Shown in pieces: positions 26,574 to 32,000 of a DNA stretch of 32,000 bases (position 1 is its first letter; each line of letters begins with the position of its first letter). The translations under genes and the position numbers were made by a program. The notes beneath the pieces were generated by a model. That model was not told where the DNA came from. It searched no databases and was given only the letters and a program-made list of their open reading frames with translations. Source of the stretch: Longivirga aurantiaca (GTDB lineage: Bacteria; Actinomycetota; Actinomycetes; S36-B12; CAIYMF01); NCBI RefSeq assembly GCF_042660085.1, contig NZ_JBHSTI010000002.1, positions 120,001-152,000 on the forward strand, in the 5' to 3' direction.

Positions 26574-28163
26574 ATGGCCGGCACCCAGTACGACGCCCTC
26601 GTCATCGGCGGTGGCCACCAGGGACTGATCCACGCCGCCTATCTCGCCAAGGGCGGCCTGCGCCCGCTGGTGCTCGAGCAGCGCTCGTTCGTGGGCGGCG
26701 CCGCCATCACCGAGCCGCTCCACCCCGGCTTCTCGTTCACGACGTTCTCCTACGGCCTCTCGCTCCTGCGCAACGAGGTGATCCAGGAGCTCGAGCTGGT
26801 GAAGTTCGGCTACCAGCCGCTGTTCATGCCGACGTCGTTCACGCCCATGGACAACGGCGACTACCTCTACCTGTCCGACGACCACGACCTGAACATCAAG
26901 GAGATCTCGCGGCACTCGGTGCGGGACGCCGACGCCTACGACCGCTTCCAGCACGACTTCTCGCGCGTGAAGCAGCTCGTGAAGCCGATCTTCGACCGGC
27001 GGCCGCCGAACTTCTGGTCGGACCGCGCCGATGACCGCGACGAGATCACCTGGCTCCTCGGGCACCTGGGGTCCGCCGACAAGAAGGTCATCCACGACGC
27101 CGTCCGTCTCATCACCGGGAGCACCGCGGACTTCCTCGACGACTACTTCGAGTCCGAGATCCTCAAGGGCGCCCTCGCCGGCTCGGGCATCATCGGCACC
27201 AAGGTCGGCCCCATGTCCCCGGGCTCGGGTCTGGTGATGCTCTACATGGGCATGGGCGAGCACGACGGCGACATGGGCGGCTGGTCGTTCCACAAGGGCG
27301 GCAACGGCGGGCTCACGCAGGTGATCGCCCGTGCCGCGCAGGCCGTCGGGGTCGAGATCCGCTACGACTCCGTCGTCGACCAGGTGCTCGTGGAGAACGG
27401 CCGCGCCGTCGGCGTGGTGCTCCGTGACGGCGTCGAGCTGCGCGCCGGCACGGTGGTGAGCTCGCTCGACCCCCGCCACACGTTCCTCGACCTGGTCGAC
27501 CCGCGCGAGCTGCCGACCGATCTCGTCGACGACGTGCGCCGGTTCCGCTTCCAGGGCACGGCGTCCAAGGTCAACTTCGCGCTCGACGACCTGCCGAGGT
27601 ACCCGGCGCTCGGGGACCGCACCGACATCTACCGCGGCTTCGTGAGCGTCAGCCCGTCGATCGAGTACCTCGAGCGGGCGTTCGACGCCGCCAAGTACGG
27701 GTGGTACTCCGAGAAGCCCTACCTCGACGCCTGCTTCCAGTCGGTCATCGACCCGGACATGGCACCGCCGGGGAAGCACGTGCTGTCGTGCTTCACGATG
27801 TACACGCCGTACGAGCTGCGTGGGAGCGACTGGGACACCGAGCGGGAGAACCTGGGCGACACGGTCCAGCGCCGCCTCGACGAGATCTTCCCGGGATTCT
27901 CCGACCTCGTGCTCCACCGCGAGGTCGTGACACCGCTCGACATCGAGCGCACCACCGGGCTCTCCGAGGGCAACATCTACGCCGGCGAGTTCCTGCTGCC
28001 GCAGATGTGGGCCTTCCGCCCGGCGCCGGGCTACACCGACTACCGCACGCCGATCGAGGGCTACTACCAGTGCGGCTCCGGCACCCACCCGGGCGGCTGC
28101 GTCATCGGCTCGCCGGCCCGCTTCGCCAGCCAGGCGGTGCTCGCCGACCGCGCGGAGCGCTGA
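26574..28163 (+). CDS. NAD(P)/FAD-dependent oxidoreductase, phytoene-desaturase (CrtI)-like
   Basis: YDALVIGGGHQGLIHAAYLAKGGLRPLVLEQRSFVGGAA N-terminal Rossmann fold; C-terminal YQCGSGTHPGGCVIGSPARFASQAVL. Confidence 0.87.
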   Translation: MAGTQYDALVIGGGHQGLIHAAYLAKGGLRPLVLEQRSFVGGAAITEPLHPGFSFTTFSYGLSLLRNEVIQELELVKFGYQPLFMPTSFTPMDNGDYLYLSDDHDLNIKEISRHSVRDADAYDRFQHDFSRVKQLVKPIFDRRPPNFWSDRADDRDEITWLLGHLGSADKKVIHDAVRLITGSTADFLDDYFESEILKGALAGSGIIGTKVGPMSPGSGLVMLYMGMGEHDGDMGGWSFHKGGNGGLTQVIARAAQAVGVEIRYDSVVDQVLVENGRAVGVVLRDGVELRAGTVVSSLDPRHTFLDLVDPRELPTDLVDDVRRFRFQGTASKVNFALDDLPRYPALGDRTDIYRGFVSVSPSIEYLERAFDAAKYGWYSEKPYLDACFQSVIDPDMAPPGKHVLSCFTMYTPYELRGSDWDTERENLGDTVQRRLDEIFPGFSDLVLHREVVTPLDIERTTGLSEGNIYAGEFLLPQMWAFRPAPGYTDYRTPIEGYYQCGSGTHPGGCVIGSPARFASQAVLADRAER

Positions 28164-28222
28164 CCGAGGTTCGGGACGTCAGCGGGGACGTCGACCGCAG
28201 CCGAACGTGGTGAGAGATGACC

Positions 28223-28251
28223 AGAGGCCCGAGCCGTGGGCTCGGGCCTCT
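28223..28251. terminator. Stem-loop terminator (13-bp perfect arms, 3-nt loop)
   Basis: AGAGGCCCGAGCC-gtg-GGCTCGGGCCTCT, downstream of the oxidoreductase and of the opposing tRNA-Phe. Confidence 0.75.
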
Positions 28252-28288
28252 CGGTGTCTGTCAGGTGCGGGACCTGTGGTGATGCTGT

Positions 28289-28361
28289 GGCCAGGGGCGG
28301 GGTCGAACCGCCGACCTTCCGATTTTCAGTCGGACGCTCGTACCAACTGAGCTACCTGGCC
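28289..28361 (-). tRNA. tRNA-Phe(GAA)
   Basis: Reverse complement GGCCAGGTAGCTCAGTTGGTACGAGCGTCCGACTGAAAATCGGAAGGTCGGCGGTTCGACCCCGCCCCTGGCC folds as a 73-nt cloverleaf; anticodon loop CTGAAAA. Confidence 0.96.
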
Positions 28362-28557
28362 TCCGCTGCCGTGGGCAGCCCGGAGATCGTAGCCGACGCA
28401 CAGGGAGCAGCAGAAATCCACCGGGCTGTGACGGCGCCGACACGCTCCGTCGAAAGTCGGAGGAGATTGCCCCCGGGGTGCATCCAGGCCGCAGAGGTGG
28501 GCAGAAGAGAGGTCGACGCCCGGAACAGCCGGGCCCGCACAGTCCCCGGGAGCCCCC

Positions 28558-29199
28558 GTGCGCCTTCGCCGTACCACTGCCTCGCTCGTCGTCGCCGCCG
28601 CCGTCGCGACGGGCGCCGTCACAGCTGCACCCGCCGCCACCGCCTCCGCGCCCGGCACCAACTCGCTCGCCAACGTCCTGCTCTCGGACGGCGACACGTT
28701 CGACGACAACCGCAACGACTTCGACATCGTCACCCAGGCCGCGCTGGCGGTCCTCGCGGAGAAGCCGGACTCGGCCGTCAAGGTCCTCACCGACGGCACC
28801 GTGCCGGTCACCGCGTTCATCCCGCGCGACCAGGCCTTCCGCCTGTTCGTCTACTCGACGACCGGCAAGTGGATCACCAGCGAGCAGGGTGTCTTCGAGG
28901 CCGTCGCGAGCTTCGGCATCCCCACCGTCGAGACGGTGCTGCTCTACCACGTCGTCGCCGGTGCCACGATCGACCGGGCGGGCGCGCTGATGTCCGACGG
29001 CGCGGTGCTCGACACGGCTGCCGGAGCTCCGCTCACGGTCGACATCGTGCCGAACCGCAAGATCGAGCTCCGCGACCTCGACCCCGACGCCACCGACGCC
29101 CGCGTGCGCTGGGACGCCTACGACATCAACAAGGGCAACCTGCAGATCGCGCACGGCATCGACCGCGTCCTGCGCCCGCTCGACCTGCCGAAGGCCTGA
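28558..29199 (+). CDS. Fasciclin (FAS1)-domain secreted protein
   Basis: Signal peptide MRLRRTTASLVVAAAVATGAVTAAPAATA; VTAFIPRDQAFR, VETVLLYHVVAG, LQIAHGIDRVLRP. Confidence 0.83.
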   Translation: MRLRRTTASLVVAAAVATGAVTAAPAATASAPGTNSLANVLLSDGDTFDDNRNDFDIVTQAALAVLAEKPDSAVKVLTDGTVPVTAFIPRDQAFRLFVYSTTGKWITSEQGVFEAVASFGIPTVETVLLYHVVAGATIDRAGALMSDGAVLDTAAGAPLTVDIVPNRKIELRDLDPDATDARVRWDAYDINKGNLQIAHGIDRVLRPLDLPKA

Positions 29200-29243
29200 C
29201 GCCTGCAGCAGCACCAAGCCCGCCGGGGCTGACCGGCGAACGA

Positions 29244-29279
29244 CGGTGGCCCGTCCCCTCGCGAGGGGACGGGCCACCG
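29244..29279. terminator. Perfect 36-bp palindrome, bidirectional terminator between convergent genes
   Basis: CGGTGGCCCGTCCCCTCGCGAGGGGACGGGCCACCG. Confidence 0.85.
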
Positions 29280-29295
29280 CCATGACGTGCCTGCG

Positions 29296-31779
29296 CTACA
29301 GGTAGCCGCGCTTGCGCATGCCCTTGAGCGCCACCGCGCCGTACAGCGGCGGCACGTAGAACGTCGCGATGCGGTAGACGATCGCGGCTGACAGGGCTGC
29401 CGACTGCGGGATCCCGACCGCGGTGAGACCGGCGGTGAGCGCGGCCTCCGAGACCCCGATGTTGCCAGGGATCGGCATGAGGCCGGCGAAGAGCGAGACC
29501 AGGGTGTTGATGAGGATCAGCTCGGCGAACGTCGCGGTCTGGTCGAACGCGCGCAGCGAGGCGCCGAGCGCCATCGCAGCGATCACGTTCCAGAGCACGC
29601 TGCCGAACAGGATGAGCAGCAGCTTGGTCGGGGAGCGCAGCACCTTCAGCGCATCGATGCTGTCGGCGGCGCGGTCCTGCACGAAGCGACGTACTTTCGG
29701 CACCGCGAGGTAGAGCAGCACCGCCAGCACGATGAGGACGACGAGGACGATCAGGACGAGCGTCCAGTTCACGCTCGCGAGCGCCCCGCCGACGGTGCTG
29801 GTCGATCCCGACGACGGCGACGACGGCGTCAGCACGACGAGGCCGGTGAGCAGCGTCAGCACGATGACGAGCACCTGCACCAGCAGCCCGCCGAGGGTGT
29901 TGATGACGCTGATGGCCACGGCGGCGGTCGGGTTGCTGCCGACGAGCTGCAGGTGCCTGATCGTCAGCGCGATCTTCGCGGCCGACCCGGGGACCGCCAG
30001 GCCGAGGAAGCTGATGGCGTACTGCAGACCGAGGACCGGCATGAACCGCAGCCTGGCCATCGAGGCGCCCAGCGTCGCGATCGCCTGACCCACCTGGATG
30101 AACGGCGCGATGAGGATCGCCACCAGCACCCACGACCAGTCGGCGCCCTTGAACTCGGCGATCAGCGTGTCGATCCCGATGCCGGCGACGGCGCTGATCA
30201 CCGACCAGGCGACGAACCCGAGCACCACGATCATGAAGACCGAGGCGATCGTGACGCGCTGGAGCTTCTCGAGCGGCGGCTCCTCGACGCCGGTCGCCTC
30301 CGCGACCGCCGCCCGAAGCTCGGCCATCTTCCACTCCGCCGCCTTCGTCGCCGTCTTGGTCTCGGCGTCGAGAGCGGCCGGCTGCAGGAAGGGCATGAGA
30401 CCGACGAGGTCGTCGTGCGGGAGCGCGGCCTTCGCGACGCGCACCGCGGTCTCGACATCGGTGACCGTGGCCGTGCAGACGAGCATCTGCGCGTTGTCGG
30501 CGACCACGTCGTTGGCGTCGGGCGAGCTCGTGCCCGATGCGAGGTCGGAGAGAGCCTCGGTGCCGTCCTCGCGCACGACCAGGGCGTGCGGGCGCACCTG
30601 CCCGTGCGCGACACCGGCGGCATGCAGGCTCGTGAGCGCGGCCCAGAACCCGTGCAGCATCTCGTCGGTGACCTCGTCGCGCGCGAGGTCGGGCAGCGCC
30701 CGGCCGTCGTCGCGCCGCACGAGGAGCGCGTCCTTGCCCCAGGCCGTGCCGGCAGCCAGGACCGGCTGCACGGGCACGCCCGCGCGCTCGGCGTACAGGG
30801 TGAGGAAGGCCTCGTGCTCCACCTGCGTCTGGCGTCCGACCGAGGTCGCGGGGGCGCCGTCCTTGTAGAGCAGGCGCGACCACGCCGACGCGATGAGCGA
30901 GCCCTCGAAGGCGTCGCGCCCGTAGATGCGCACGAGGATGCGGCGTCCGGAGTCGTCGGTGCCCGTCGCGGTCACGACGCCACGCCGGTCTGTCGGCGCG
31001 TGCTCGAGCTCGCGGACATGCACGCCGAGGTCCTCGAGCTCGTCGACCACGAGCTCGAGCGGCACGCGCCCGCCCGGCGACCCGAAGGCGACGTGGACCG
31101 CGGACGCGGCGGCGACTCCCAGCACCACGCCGGCGATGGCGCCGACGAGGAGGTCGATCTCCAGCGCGACCCCGGCGACCGCGCCGAACGACACGAGCAG
31201 CCAGCCGAGGCGGCGGTAGGGGCGTGCGAGGTGCGGGGAGGACACCGCGACGATCGCGACCACCAGCGAGAGGCGCACCGCCGGGTAGATGCGGCCGGTG
31301 TCCTGCGAGGTCAGGGCGTCCCAGACGCCGCTCCACGTGCCGCCCTCGGCGTAGGCGAGGGCTGTCGCGATGCCGAGCGCGAGGATCGCGGCGACGAGCT
31401 GCACGAGGAGCAGGCGACGTCGCGAACGGCCGAACGCGGCGAGCACCACGAGCAGCAGGGCCCATCCCAGGGCCAGGGTGTACGCCGTCTCCCAGAACCA
31501 GCCGAGCAGGCCCGGCAGGGCGTCGAGCAGCTGCGTGACGGCGTTGTCGACGGTGCCCGGGCCGGGGGCGGGGACGGAGAGCAGCGCGAGGGTGACCACG
31601 GTGACGACCATCAGCACGACGTCGGTGGGACGCCGCTCGAGCGGCGCGTCGGCCGCCGACGACCACAGCTGGCCCGCTCCACGGCGCCAGACCCGCGGGT
31701 CCAGCCGGCCGACGGCCCGGGGGGTGGTGGCGGGATCGACCGTCGAGTCGCCGCCGTGCTCCGTCGTCCCCGACATCAA
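29296..31779 (-). CDS. Lysylphosphatidylglycerol synthase TM-domain (flippase-like) protein with degenerate kinase-like central region
   Basis: N-terminal multi-TM region, middle segment HEAFLTLYAERAGV...ALTSLHAAGVAHGQVRPHALVVREDGTEALSDLA, C-terminal multi-TM domain with MPIPGNIGVSEAALTAGLTAVGIP. Confidence 0.87.
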   Translation of the reverse strand: MMSGTTEHGGDSTVDPATTPRAVGRLDPRVWRRGAGQLWSSAADAPLERRPTDVVLMVVTVVTLALLSVPAPGPGTVDNAVTQLLDALPGLLGWFWETAYTLALGWALLLVVLAAFGRSRRRLLLVQLVAAILALGIATALAYAEGGTWSGVWDALTSQDTGRIYPAVRLSLVVAIVAVSSPHLARPYRRLGWLLVSFGAVAGVALEIDLLVGAIAGVVLGVAAASAVHVAFGSPGGRVPLELVVDELEDLGVHVRELEHAPTDRRGVVTATGTDDSGRRILVRIYGRDAFEGSLIASAWSRLLYKDGAPATSVGRQTQVEHEAFLTLYAERAGVPVQPVLAAGTAWGKDALLVRRDDGRALPDLARDEVTDEMLHGFWAALTSLHAAGVAHGQVRPHALVVREDGTEALSDLASGTSSPDANDVVADNAQMLVCTATVTDVETAVRVAKAALPHDDLVGLMPFLQPAALDAETKTATKAAEWKMAELRAAVAEATGVEEPPLEKLQRVTIASVFMIVVLGFVAWSVISAVAGIGIDTLIAEFKGADWSWVLVAILIAPFIQVGQAIATLGASMARLRFMPVLGLQYAISFLGLAVPGSAAKIALTIRHLQLVGSNPTAAVAISVINTLGGLLVQVLVIVLTLLTGLVVLTPSSPSSGSTSTVGGALASVNWTLVLIVLVVLIVLAVLLYLAVPKVRRFVQDRAADSIDALKVLRSPTKLLLILFGSVLWNVIAAMALGASLRAFDQTATFAELILINTLVSLFAGLMPIPGNIGVSEAALTAGLTAVGIPQSAALSAAIVYRIATFYVPPLYGAVALKGMRKRGYL

Positions 31780-31924
31780 GCCCCTCCACCCTCACGTGCA
31801 CGCTGCGCAGCCGCCCGTGCACCCACTGGCAGGAACCGTAGCGCCGCCCGCCCGCTGAGACCGACGAATCCGTCGCTACCGGGCCCGGGAGACGACGGAT
31901 CGATCAGTGCGAGCGCGAAGGTGA

Positions 31925-32000
31925 TCAGGCGGGTTCGGCGACGGCGCCGAGGGGGTCGGTGAGCACCTCGCGCAGGGCCGACCGCGCGGCACCGACGACT
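31925..32000 (-). CDS. C-terminal end of a minus-strand CDS running off the window
   Basis: In-frame ...VGAARSALREVLTDPLGAVAEPA-stop with actinobacterial coding composition; no identity assignable. Confidence 0.45.
   Translation of the reverse strand, partial: VVGAARSALREVLTDPLGAVAEPA

Noticed and set aside
26547-28088. 513-aa minus-strand ORF opposite the CrtI-like oxidoreductase
   Set aside because: The sense strand has the FAD/NAD-binding GGGHQG motif and coherent family features; the antisense frame is a shadow ORF.
28289-28361. tRNA-Phe as an attachment site of a genomic island
   Set aside because: No integrase/recombinase gene and no visible duplicate of the tRNA 3' end in the window; cannot be excluded beyond the edges.
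29953-31962. 669-aa plus-strand ORF over the membrane-protein gene
   Set aside because: His/Arg/Asp-rich composition with no domain signature; the minus-strand frame encodes coherent TM segments.
1-32000. CRISPR array, retron, toxin-antitoxin or phage-defence island
   Set aside because: No regularly spaced repeats, no RT or Cas-like motifs, and no paired small toxin/antitoxin ORFs with recognisable motifs. The novelty signal here is metabolic.

Overview
High-GC actinobacterial chromosome segment. The window opens with the 3' part of a LuxR/NarL-type response regulator. The centre of interest is a candidate catabolic locus at about 690-13691. On the minus strand it carries an SDR and a Baeyer-Villiger-type flavin monooxygenase. 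Divergent to these is a long plus-strand operon, mostly with ATGA/GTGA-type overlapping gene junctions: SDR, DUF1116 protein (AllG/YlbE-like), SDR, SDR, Cys-rich protein of unknown family, two tandem glutamine-synthetase-like gamma-glutamyl ligases, PuuD-like class I amidotransferase/hydrolase, HSL-type alpha/beta hydrolase, SDR, and a GntR/FadR-type regulator. This looks like an undescribed gamma-glutamylation-dependent amine degradation pathway combined with ketone-to-ester oxidation. The substrate cannot be deduced from sequence. The rest of the window holds a CBM48/AMPK-type glycogen-binding small protein, a Zn-dependent alcohol dehydrogenase, a CPBP protease-like membrane protein, a DUF222/HNH (13E12-like) gene with an SOS-box-like operator inside an apparently leaderless promoter, menB, and a tryptophanase with a divergent Lrp/AsnC regulator. 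These are followed by a double-hotdog thioesterase, DUF3024 protein, TetR regulator, a GcvT-like plus CrtI-like oxidoreductase pair, tRNA-Phe(GAA), a FAS1-domain secreted protein, and a large LPG-synthase-type membrane protein with a degenerate kinase-like region. No CRISPR array, transposase or integrase was seen.
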